Positions 9,319 to 21,000 of a DNA stretch of 50,936 nucleotides are shown here, piece by piece. This DNA is from an uncultured Saprospiraceae bacterium (GTDB lineage: Bacteria; Bacteroidota; Bacteroidia; Chitinophagales; Saprospiraceae), in assembly GCA_937924145.1 (NCBI GenBank), contig CALDTJ010000110.1, positions 1 through 50,936 of the forward strand. Reading direction: 5' to 3'. Numbering within the stretch: position 1 is the stretch's first letter; the number at the start of each line of letters is the position of its first letter. Under the pieces are notes generated by a model that searched no databases, was not told the DNA's origin, and saw only the letters and a program-made list of their open reading frames with translations. Made by a program: the position numbers and the translations under genes.

Positions 9319-10590
9319 ATGTGTAGGTTATTAGCTTTTAAATCTTCTATATTCTTTTCCTTTACACTATTCCTATGCCTAATTGCGACGAACTTAATTG
9401 CACAAAATAGGCAAGATCTTACCAAGAAACGTCAGCAACTAATCGCTGAAATAAATCAAGCTTCCAAGTTATTAGCCTCTACTAAAAAAGATAAAAAGCA
9501 GGTATTAAATCAATTTTATACGGTTCAGCGACAGATCAAACAAAGAGAAGAATTGATCGAAACGCTAGAACAAGAAATTGAATTATCCAATAGGAGCATT
9601 AATCGAACGACAGGAGCAATTGGTGATTTACAGTCGGATATGGAGCGATTAGAATCCGAATACGGAGAGATGGCAAGACAGGCTTATCGCAATAAAATGA
9701 ACGATAATAAATTGCTCTTTTTGTTTTCTGCCGATGGTCTGAGCGATGGCTTAAAGCGATGGCGATACATTCAACGCTATGATGAATATCGGAAGAAGCA
9801 AGCAAGTTTAATTTTGGATACGAGAGAAGTATTGACTAGCAAACTGAATGGTATTGAAATCAAAAGAGCAGAACAGCAAGATTTATTAGCCGAAGCGGAA
9901 CAACAGCAACAACTTTTAGAAAAAGAATTGACGGTTAAAAATCGGTTGTTAAAAGGGATTAAAGCAGATGAAACCCGTATTTCTCGCCTGATTAATCGGA
10001 AGCGAGTGGCGCACAGAAAATTATCTTTAGCTATTGAAAATATTATTTCTAGAGAGATTAAAAGCAGAGTTGGCGCGGATAGAGTAAACGCAGCACCGAA
10101 TAAAAATAATAAAGCTAATTCTAGCAAAAAAACTACGACGGAGCCTACCGAAAGCTCTAGCAAAATAGTAGCTTCTACGAAAGATTTTAGACAACAAAAA
10201 GGTAAACTGTCTTGGCCCGTAGCGAATGGCTTGATTACCCGTCATTTTGGTAAACAGAGTCACCCGATTCATAAAAATGTCCAAATCACGAATAATGGAA
10301 TAGACATTCGAGCAACTACTGGAAATAAGGTAACTGCTATTTCCAATGGGGTAGTGGCGGGATCTCAATATGTGCCAGGATATAAAAATACACTGATTAT
10401 TCAGCACGGAGATTATTACTCTGTTTATTCTAATTTAGAGCACGTTGGTGTTAAACGAGGAGATCGAATTAAAATCGGACAACAGATTGGTATAGCGGGT
10501 AGAGATAGCCAAGAAGAACATTTAGAGGTACACTTAGAAATTTGGAAAGGCAAACAGCGATTGAATCCCGCAGTTTGGTTGAGTAGATAA
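9319..10590 (+). CDS. EnvC-like murein hydrolase activator / M23 family metallopeptidase with a coiled-coil N-terminal half
   Basis: The signal peptide starts at the in-frame ATG 9319 (MCRLLAFKSSIFFSFTLFLCLIATNLIAQ). A long heptad-rich Q/E/K/L region follows. The C-terminal M23 domain is GIDIRATTGNKVTAISNGVVA...HLEVHLEIW (HxH). The track start at 9160 would read through an intergenic repeat. Confidence 0.85.
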   Translation: MCRLLAFKSSIFFSFTLFLCLIATNLIAQNRQDLTKKRQQLIAEINQASKLLASTKKDKKQVLNQFYTVQRQIKQREELIETLEQEIELSNRSINRTTGAIGDLQSDMERLESEYGEMARQAYRNKMNDNKLLFLFSADGLSDGLKRWRYIQRYDEYRKKQASLILDTREVLTSKLNGIEIKRAEQQDLLAEAEQQQQLLEKELTVKNRLLKGIKADETRISRLINRKRVAHRKLSLAIENIISREIKSRVGADRVNAAPNKNNKANSSKKTTTEPTESSSKIVASTKDFRQQKGKLSWPVANGLITRHFGKQSHPIHKNVQITNNGIDIRATTGNKVTAISNGVVAGSQYVPGYKNTLIIQHGDYYSVYSNLEHVGVKRGDRIKIGQQIGIAGRDSQEEHLEVHLEIWKGKQRLNPAVWLSR

Positions 10591-10667
10591 TTTTTTAAAA
10601 GAAATATTAATGTTGATAATATTATTTTAAAAAATATACCTTACATTCGCTACTGTTTTGAAAAATC

Positions 10668-10697
10668 AACCTGTTCGCTGCGAAAGCGTGCTGGTTT
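10668..10697 (-). repeat. Family D 30-nt repeat, copy 2
   Basis: The + strand reads aacctgttcgctgcgaaagcgtgctggttt. Its reverse complement aligns with the other three copies. Confidence 0.6.
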
Positions 10698-10711
10698 AAA
10701 TCTCTTTTGTC

Positions 10712-10752
10712 ATTCCTCCCCCAAAGTCGTGCTTTGGTGGAGGAATTTTTTT
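10712..10752 (+). terminator. Rho-independent terminator of the M23 peptidase gene
   Basis: attcctcccccaaag / ctttggtggaggaat forms a 15-bp stem with one mismatch, followed by ttttttgttt. Confidence 0.75.
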
Positions 10753-11571
10753 GTTTGGTCACGTGGTATAGTACAAACCCAAACCAGATTATTAATACCA
10801 CGAATGAAAATCGTAAAAATTTCATGCGATCACATATAGCCATTTCCAGACATTCCTGCTTTCCAATTTTGCCGACCCATCAATAAACCGTATTTTTGAT
10901 GTATAAAGCACGAACACATCTCAACTGACGAACCGTCACCTCAATCCCTTGCACGACTATTTTATAAGAATTATATAAGTACCCCCCAAGCATACAGCAC
11001 GTGCTGTGTGTCGGGCTGTCGATTGATTTCGGCAGCCCTTTCTTGTTTGCGGAGTTTTGTAGTTTAACCTATCCCCGACCAGCCTTCCGTCCGATTTGCG
11101 GTTCACCCGTACGGGTTCATTTTGAAAGGGGAAGGGAGATGTTAATTTGGAACCAATATGCAAAACTCAACAGAATTTAGAGTCTTGTACCGAACTGTTC
11201 CCTTCCCTTTCAAAGGAAGGGCTAGGGATGGGTTGAAGCCTTGCATATCACCAAATACCCAGAACCCCATACCTCTTCCTAAAACACATTCTAAAAAATA
11301 AAATATTTATATTTAAAACCGCCTACTGGCACGGTAATTGAAAAAGAATTCATAACAATGATTTTTAATATGGTTGCCGCCTTGTTTTTAAAAATCTGAT
11401 ACTTTGAATTCGACCACCAAGCTATTGCTATAGTTTGGTGCGTAGCTTTTTTTACACTTCTGATTTTAATAGAACGATGCTGCACTTAGCTGCATCTTTT
11501 CTTACCACTTGTTTACCGTTTTATAATTACACCAACTCATTTTTAATTGAAAATCTAGATTCTAAGAATCA

Positions 11572-11601
11572 AAACCCGCACGACTGCACAGCGGGCAGGT
11601 T
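11572..11601 (+). repeat. Family D 30-nt repeat, copy 3
   Basis: aaacccgcacgactgcacagcgggcaggtt. It is internally self-complementary (cccgc...gcggg). Confidence 0.6.
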
Positions 11602-11845
11602 TGAAAGTGGAAACACTTACTTGATGACTGATTTAGATGTCCTAAAGTACTACCTACTTTTAAATTTTGAATTTAGCTTTTCTCCTGTCTTACCTATTTC
11701 AATTTAGCTACTACAACTTTTGTAATTATTTGATTTTCAATGGACTATGTGCTAAAATATTTGTACCAAAACGAATTTATTTCAGCCGTAATCAATTTTC
11801 CAAAACATGGAAAGTCAATTAATTAGAAGGGTTAATGGTTCCATA

Positions 11846-11901
11846 CTGTACAGGCGACTTTAGTCGCCTACCACCTAAAAGGCGACTTTAGTCGCTTGTA
11901 C
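11846..11901. repeat. Two inverted copies of the family A palindromic element
   Basis: ctgtacaggcgactttagtcgcc (11846-11868) and ggcgactttagtcgcttgtac (11881-11901). Confidence 0.85.
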
Positions 11902-12085
11902 AAAAATGGACGTATTAGGGTGCCCCCCTGATAGATTCAACACCTTTAGTGATGATGAAAATTTGATAGTCCATCACTTACATTTTGCTTAGCTGCTGCT
12001 CTGAAATCAGTCGTACTGGATTCGAAAAGTAGCTTAGAAAAATGTCGGACTTAATTTTCATGATTGCCTAATATAACTTTTTGTT

Positions 12086-15000
12086 ATGCCAAACAATTAC
12101 TGGTTTAAGACCTTATTTTTCCTCCTTGCTACCTTTATTGTAGGAAAAGTAGATGCACAAGTAAAATTCAAAGTAGCCCTTTCCCCTGATAGTACTTTCT
12201 ATCAAGTGTCACTCCTTTCCGAGATCGGCCCATTTTTCGCTTCATCACAGAATTTTGTCCCTACCGCTACGGTAACATTGATTGCTCCTACGGGAGAATT
12301 GACACCAGCCTCCATTGCTAATCAAAAAGGGATTTGGTCAGGACCAGACACTTATATTAATCCAGTAGGTGGACTAGATCAGGATTATTTTGTGTTTTCT
12401 CTTAATGGAGCGGTAAATGACATTGTTTTTACCCCTGGCTTAGAGGTTGACTTATTCACTTTTACCAATTCGGGCAATTGTGCGGGTGCGGTAGAGTTGA
12501 TGGATAATGACAATGATCCTTTTAGGGAACAAGACCCTACGGCGAATGTCGGTAATCACATTACGGTTTTTGGTAATGGACAAGGTAATTCCTATGGTGG
12601 GATACACGATCCACGGAGTGCTAACTGTATGGGTTTTCCACCTTGTAATTTAACGATTGGGAGTGTAACAAAAACAGATATTTTGACTTGTGGAGCCGAT
12701 GATGGTAGCATTACAATTAATGCCACAAATGGTACGGGTACCCTCGAATATAGCATCAATAACGGACTTAATTGGTTCACTACCAATACCTTTAATAATT
12801 TAGCGATTGGCAATTATACGATAATTGTGAAAGACGATAATTGTGAACAGACTTATGATACCAATCCCGTGACTATTTTGGAGCCAAATATTGCGGTCAC
12901 CTTGACGGATAGTTTGCCTCCTTCTTGTAATAGTTCTTTGGACGGTCAAATAACGGTTGCTGCCAGTGGTGGAGTAGCCCCTTATGAATATAGTATTAAC
13001 AACGGCGCAAATTGGACTACCAATGGCGCTTTTACTAGTTTAGGCAATGGTATTTTTAATATCAAAGCTAGAAATGTAGATAGTACTTGTGAGACGAGTT
13101 ACCCGAATGCAGTTGTTTTTTCTACTCAAGGCATTAATTTAACCCTTGTCAAAACAGATATTTCGTGTACGAATGGTACGAATGGCACTATTTCTATCAC
13201 TGCGGAAGGAGGAATGGGTAGTTTTCAATACAGTATTGACAATGGTGTAACTTGGTTAGCCTCTGCTAATTTTACAGATTTGGCTGCTGGAAATTATATG
13301 GTGCTTGCAAGAAATAGCAATGGCACCTGTGAAGTCGCTTTTGAAGGCAACCCTGTGGTAATTAGCGAAAGTGCGCTGAATTTTACAGTCACTCCAACTG
13401 ATCCAGATTGTAATGGTGTAGCCGACGGAACCATCAGTATTGATCTTACGGGCGAAACGAGTAGTTTTGAATACACTATTGATGATGGAACGAATTGGGT
13501 AACGAATGCTACATTTTCTAACCTTGATATAGGAGCTTATACCATCAAAGTTAGAAAAGTCGGTGGTACTTGTGAAACAGCTTTCTCTAATAATCCAGTT
13601 GTTTTAGATCGGCAGATGATTAATATTTCTGTTAGCACCTTTGCTGGCGGATGTGATGATGGAATGACGAACAGTATCACGGTAGCTGCATCTGGAGGAA
13701 ATGCTAGTTTCCAATACAGTAAGGATGATGGTGCCACTTGGCAAAACTCTAATATCTTCAATAGTTTAGCCAACGGAGACTATACGATTAAGGTCAGAAC
13801 CACTGATTTATCTTGTGAAACGGCTTTTGTTAATAACCCTGTTTCTTTTGCTTCTAGTGCCATCAATGTTGGTGTTAGTTCCAGTCCTCCTGCTTGCCAT
13901 GATTTATCAAATGGAAGTATCACTGTGACGGCTAATGGTGGAACGGGTAGTTTTATTTATAGTATTGATGGTGGGGCTAATTACTCCAATTTGACCAACT
14001 TTACTGGTTTGGCAAATGGGAACTATAATATTTTTGTCAAAAATGCAGACGGTACCTGTGAAACCGAATATCCAAACAATCCTATTCAGTTTAATACGAC
14101 AGCAATTTCCTTTTCCGTTTCCGAAAATCAAGCATCTTGCTTAGCTGCGACTGATGGGAGTATTTCGATGTTAGGAAACGGAGGATCAGGTAGTTATGAA
14201 TATTCTATTGATAGCGGAATGACTTGGAGTGCGGTCGCTACTCAACAAAATTTAGCTGCCGATTTATACTATGTATTTATTAGAAGTGACAATCAAAACT
14301 GTGAGCTTGAATTTGCTAATAATCCAATAGATTTACGTCCAGATGCTTTGACTATCAGCATTGTTTCGAATACACCTCCTTCTTGTGAAACGGGTAATGA
14401 TGGGAGTTTAGTTTTAGCTGCCGCTGGTGGTGGAAGCACCAATTACCAATATTCGATTGATGATGGAGCGACTTACTCAGGCATGAGTACTTTCCAAAAT
14501 TTATCAACAGGAGATTATAATTTAAAAGCTAAAATAGCAGGAACGGATTGTGAGGTAACTTACGTGAATAATCCAGTTCGAGTTGAGAACTTCAGCTGTG
14601 AACCACCTCCTCCAGTTGATTCTTGCTTTTTGAGATATGTCCTTACGGAAAATGAAGGTGTTTACACTATTTCTTTAGCTACAGATACGACTTGGTTAGG
14701 ATTTTCTGCGACGACTTCTAATGCGCAGGTTTCTATCCGAGTACCAACAGGTGGTTTTTCTATAGCCAATTTCACTAATAAAATCGGAGGGGTTCAATTT
14801 GGGCCAGCAGGTTTTTCTATTAACCCTTCAGAGGCAACGGGTTTTGACTTTTTTACTTTCAATTTACAAGCTACTACCATCAGTATTCCTTATATAAAAG
14901 GAGATACCGTTGAGCTATTTAGTTTTGAAAATAGTGGTACTTGTACAGGTGGTGAAATGTACCTCATTGGTGACGAAGGAGTGAGTGATCCTGGTGTTGC

Positions 15001-18000
15001 TAACACCAATTTTGAGTCACAGATTACGGTAGCAGGTTGGGGTGGTCCCGATGCACCGATTTGTAATTCAAGTGATCCTGTGGAGGTTTGTTTACCACCT
15101 CCGCCTTGTGTAGCTGAATTCGTTTTAGCAGAGAATAATGGAACTTTTACTGTTGGAATGATTCCAGATACTACTTGGGCGGCTCCTTTGAATACGGTAA
15201 ATAGCGCACAGATTACGCTAAGAATGCCAGCTAAGGGCTACCAAATCGAGAATTTCCAAAATGCGAATAGTCAAGTTCAATTTGAGGTAACTAGCCGTTT
15301 AAATAGTCCTGCTGTGGATGTTGGATATGATTACCTGAGTGTTACCTTAAACTCATTTGGGACAACCAATATTCCATTTAGTAAAGGAGTGAAAACCGAC
15401 TTGTTTAGTTTTGAAATCAATGGTGGATGTTCAACTGATAGCATCGCTTTAGTTGGAGATGGCAGTCTGTTTGATTTTCCAAATGATGAGGATGATAACG
15501 TTACGGCTCAAATGACCGTAGCAGGTTGGGGTGGTCCAGACCTACCCGTATGTGTTCAATCGGCTCCAATGCCAATTTGTACTTTAGGTATTGACGGAGT
15601 TACGGTAACCGATGTAACTTTCTGTGGAGCAAGTGATGGTACGATCACAATTACGGCTACTTGTGCAGGAGATCATACTCGATATAGTGTCGATAATGGT
15701 CGATCTTATCATGCTAATCGAACCTTTACGAATTTATCAGCAGGAAATTATTTTATTAGACTATACAATGATTCGACAGACTGTGAGGTGATTTATAATG
15801 CAAATCCAGTAGTTGTCAATGATGGTGCTGCTATCAATTTCACAGCTACGGCTATTGCGCCAACTTGTGCGGATAGTTCCAATGGGTCAATTACCATAGT
15901 AGCGAGTAATGGAAGTGGCAATTTTCAATATAGCATTGATGATGGTAGAATGTGGTCTACTACGGCTACTTTCACTGGTTTGATTAATGGAAATTATAAT
16001 TTAAAAGTCAGTAATTTAGATACGACTTGTATCACGACTTATGATACGACCTTTTTGACAATTAGCAGTTTACCTTGTGATTTTGATTCTGATAATGATG
16101 GAACCCCTGATTTAGCGGAAGACTTGAATATGGATGGAAATTTAGATAATGATAATACAGATGGAGATGAATTTCCAAATTATCTAGATGACGATGATGA
16201 CAATGATGGTATTCTGACAGCACTGGAAGAGGCAGGGCCAAATGATGGAGATGCCAACGGTGACGGTCAACCAGATTGCCTACAAGCCAACGTAGCGACT
16301 ACCCAAGATGATGGTGGGGCTTTCCGAACATTAGAGGTGAGTGGAGATGGAGCAACTTGTGACCGAATTATGGATTTCATCATTCACTCAGAAGGAGATA
16401 TGAGTGAAAATGATCCTAATTATGATTTCCCTTTCCAGTTAAATGCATTTACGATTCCTTGTGGCGGTACCGTTAATGTTCAGTTGTTTTACCACAATGT
16501 AACCAACCTAGCTGATTTTACCTACCGAAAATTTGGCCCAATGACGCCAGGAGGAGCAACTTCCGAATGGTATGATTTTCCAGTGACCATTTCGCAAGTT
16601 GCGATTGGTGGAAATACGATTGGGAGCGTAGCATTTCAGTTGACGGATGGACAACGAGGGGATGCGACGATTGTTGACAATATGATTGTAGATCCAGGGG
16701 GAATTGCAATGGATGTCAACGCAGGAGCAGATTGTGCAATTAGGTATAATCTAGTAAAAACAGGTGAGATCTACGAAGTTAGTCTAACTAGCGATACGAC
16801 CATTTCACCTAATAATATCAATGATTTAGCGATTACCTTAAGAGCGCCAACAGGTATTTTGACAGTAGGCAATATCGTGAATGCCAGTGCGAATGTGCTA
16901 TTTGAATTAGACACCACTTACACTGCACCAACGGAGTCACCTAATTACGACTATTTGGTTTTCAAATTAAGTCCTGCATCGGCTAACACTACTAATATTG
17001 ATATTTTTCAAGACAATACAGAATCATTATTTTCTTTTGAAAATGTCGGTGCTTGCTCCAATGATTCCTTATTTTTAGTAGGAATGGGAGCTGACTTTAC
17101 AGCACCAACTATCAATGGACAAGACATTTCTTCTAGTATCAATATCAATGGTTGGAACGCGCCTACTTGTGTTTCAAATGCTGGAGGTGCTTTATGTTTG
17201 CCTGCTCCAAGAGATACCGTTTTAGTTGATTTATTTGCGGGCTTACCGACGACGATTTGTTTAGACTCGGAGATTCAACTGCCTAATGGAGTTGGAAACA
17301 CCTCCGTATTATTCCAAGGGACGGCAGTAACGGCTGCAACTTCTAATTCAGATAGTTGTGTGCTATTCATGCCGCAAAGTACTTTTACTGGGACCGATTT
17401 TGTGACCGTTGTTTTTTGTGATAATGTGAACTCTAGTATTTGTGATACAACGACTTTTAATATTACGGTCGCAGCTCAACCAACTTGTTTAATCAACTAT
17501 TTTGTAGAAGATTCTTTAGGCAAATACAAGTTTAAGATGGTGAGTGACACCACTTGGAATATGCCACAAAATGAGGTCATTTCTGCCCAATTTACCATTA
17601 GAACCCCTACGGGATCTTTTGAGATGACCAATTTGCAGAATGGTATTGGAGTCGTAGATTTTGATCTACAAACAACAACTTCTCAAGGTGGTTACGACTA
17701 CCTGAATATAGTCTTACAAACGGTCAATACCTTAGATATTCCATTTATAAAAGGAGATACGATTTGTTTATTTAGTTTTGAAAATGGAGGCGCTTGTACC
17801 AATGATAGTCTCTATTTAATTGGTCAAGGCAGTCCTGTTTCTGCTCCGACAGTAGGAGATGAGCCAATTTTCTCGAAGATGGCAGTCCAAGGCTGGGGTG
17901 GAGGCACGACTTCTGTACCTGCTTGTGTGATGGGGACGGGGGTGCCTATTTGCCCAATTACTGCACCTGAAACGCAGACGATCAATCTCACTTTGAATCA

Positions 18001-21000
18001 AGATGAAACGGTAGCAGTATGCATTGATTCCGTTCTACAATTATTAAATAATGTAGGAACAGTCACAATTTGCGATCAAGGGACTAATATTTCAGTAGCA
18101 GTTACGAATAATGATAGTTGTGTAAATATAACTACCGCATCAGATTTCGTAGGAACTGAGACCTTATGTGTAGTACACTGCGATGCCTTCGAAACAGGTC
18201 ATTGTGATACGACTTATTTTATGGTGACGGTCATCGAGCCTACACCAGAACCAGTTACTTGTTTATACGAATACATTATCGAAGAATCGAATGGAGTTCA
18301 TACCGTTCGATTAGCGGTTGATTCGACGATAGCGGCTCCGTTCAATGCGACTAGTTCAATGCTAGTGGCAATTAGAGTGCCGACAACAGGTTTTAATGTA
18401 CCAACCGATAGCATCACTTCATTATTACCTGGTGCTATATTTGAAAATACGTCCAATGGGGTATTTATGGATAATGAAGAGCCTGATTTTGGATATATTT
18501 ATTTTGATATAAATGGTGCAGTCTCTCCTAATTATCAGCAAGGAGATACGTTAGATTTGTTCTCTTTTAGAGTAGAAGGCTGTATAGGTGGTGATATTCA
18601 CCTAGTAGGAACAGGAGCTAATTTTGCAAACCCAATGGTCAATGGAGAAGAAATTACTTCTTATTTAGCGATTGGGGCATTTTTAGCGGATGGCGGTGCG
18701 CCTTCTTGTGTGAATCCAGTAGGGACGACTATTTGTACTCCTGTTGTTCCGCCTACGCCAGCACCACAAGACACTTTACAGTTCGTCTTAGATTTTGAAA
18801 CAGCGGCTACGGTTTGTATAGATTCCGCTATACAATTATTGACCAATGTAGGAACTGCAAGTATTTGCGGACAAGGTACGAATATAACAGTTGGAGTAAC
18901 TAACGGCGATTCTTGTATTACCTTAACCCCAGCTACTAATTTTTCTGGTACTGAAATGCTTTGTGTTGTTCATTGTGATGCAGGAACTCCAGACTATTGC
19001 GACACCACTATTTTGATGGTAACGGTGAATCCAAATGATGGAACACCTCCACCACAACCACCATCAGAAGATACGACTTGTCATATAACTTTTGAATTAG
19101 AATTAGTGGATGGAACCTATACTGTTAGTTTCACACCAGATACAACTATACGGAACGTCATACCTGTAATTCCTAATCCTTTTACCAATTTGATGGAGAT
19201 AACTTTAAGAGCGCCTACGGGCAAATTAAATATAGTCAATCAAGTCGATTTTGGTACTGGAAGAGAATTTGTGTTAAAAAGATTCATCATCAATCCATCA
19301 GAAAGCTTAGGTTACGATTATTTTACTTTTGGTTTGAATGAGAACAACTCAACAACCGTAGATATTTCTTACGTTCAGGGTATTAAAACCGAATTATTTA
19401 CTTTTCAAAATTTTAATTGTGCGTTGGACAGCATCGCTTTAGTCGGAAAAGGAAGTCCGTTTACCACACCATTGATTAGTGATGAAAATATTGAATCTGT
19501 TGCACAAGTGAATAGTGCAAATTTAATTGTTTGTGTTTCGCCAGATGCGATTACGCCACCAGCTTTGGCGTTTTCGTCTACGAATACAGCCCCAACTGCG
19601 GGTGTTTGTAACGATGGAACGATTACGATTACAGCAACGGGTGGAACAGGCATTTACGATTATAGTATTGACGGTGGAAGCACTTGGCAATTCAACGGCA
19701 ACTTCTCTAATTTAGAAAATGGTACTTACCAAACCTTAGTTAGAAGTAGTGATTCTCTTTGTATTGGTACAGCCCAATCGGTCACTTTAAATACGGCAGA
19801 TTGTGGTCAAGTTGGCCCAGTTTGTAATGTTGTTCTTACCAGCATTGACACCGTTAATGCGACTTGTAGTCAACCTGACGGTAGGATTACGATCAATGCA
19901 ACGGGAGATAATTTAGAATACAGTATCAACACTGGCGCAACTTTCCAAAACAGCAATATTTTTGAAAATGTAACTGGTGGTATTTATAATATTGTAGTCC
20001 GAGATTCGGTAGAAACGACCTGTGAGGTCAATCAAACCATCACTTTGAATGGCACCCAATTGCCTGATATTCAAAATGTTATCATTAGTGATTCTGCTGA
20101 ATTTGCAAATGGAGCAGGGATCATCACCATTTTTGCCACAGCTAATTGTGAGGTACAATACAGTATTGATAATGGGCAAACATTCTTCCCTGGCAATTCA
20201 TTTACCACGCTTGGCGTAGGTACTTATAATATCGTTGTGACGGACTGTAGTGGTCTATGTCCAATTAATTATTTGAGTAATCCAATTATAATCGAAGAAC
20301 CACCAGTTTGTACTGTGAATGCAGGAGCGGATAGAACAATTTGTGCAGGTGCAGCGATTGCTTTATCAGCTACTGGCACAGGTTCGACATTCAGTTGGGC
20401 ACCAACCGATGGTTTAAGCTGTACGGATTGTCCAAATCCTATTGCTAATCCAATGACTACGACAACTTATGTGGTGACAAATAATGATGGCAATTGTACG
20501 GCTACAGATACCATCATCGTCAATGTAGCACCAGCGATTACTGCTGATTTTGTCTTTATGACAAGTTGTACTGATCTATCGGTTGTTTTCACGGATAGCT
20601 CTGCTTCTACTGCCAATATTACTGCTTGGTCGTGGGATTTTGGAGATGGAAGTGCATTGAATACTGAGCAAAATCCAAATTATACTTACTTGGCATCTGG
20701 CAGTTATACCGTCAGTTTGACAACTACAATTGAGGGAGATTGCGAAAATACAATTTTTAAAACAGTAGAAGTTGGAAATGGATTAATGGGTACGATCAGC
20801 GATGATTTATCTATTTGTACAGGTGATTGTACCACTTTGATGGCATCGGGTGGAACGAATTATGCATGGGCAGCATCACCAGATTTGAGCGCCTTGGATA
20901 TTCCAAATCCAATAGCATGTCCAACTCAGACAACAACTTATTACGTCACCATTTCTGATGATAATGGATGTTCAACGATGGATAGTGTCACGATTACGAT

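Noticed and set aside
11075-11100. SRP-RNA-like core on the minus strand (tcggacggaaggctgg)
   Set aside because: It lacks the conserved GGAAGCAGC / symmetric-loop context and the closing helix of 4.5S RNA. The resemblance is limited to about 8 nt.
10622-11707. ORFs 10622-10843 (-), 10957-11163 (-), 11291-11485 (-) and 11435-11707 (+) in the long gap
   Set aside because: They are short, mutually overlapping and Arg/Lys- or Phe/Leu-biased. The first spans the M23 terminator hairpin, and none has a recognisable motif. I treat the region as non-coding and flag it as a finding instead.
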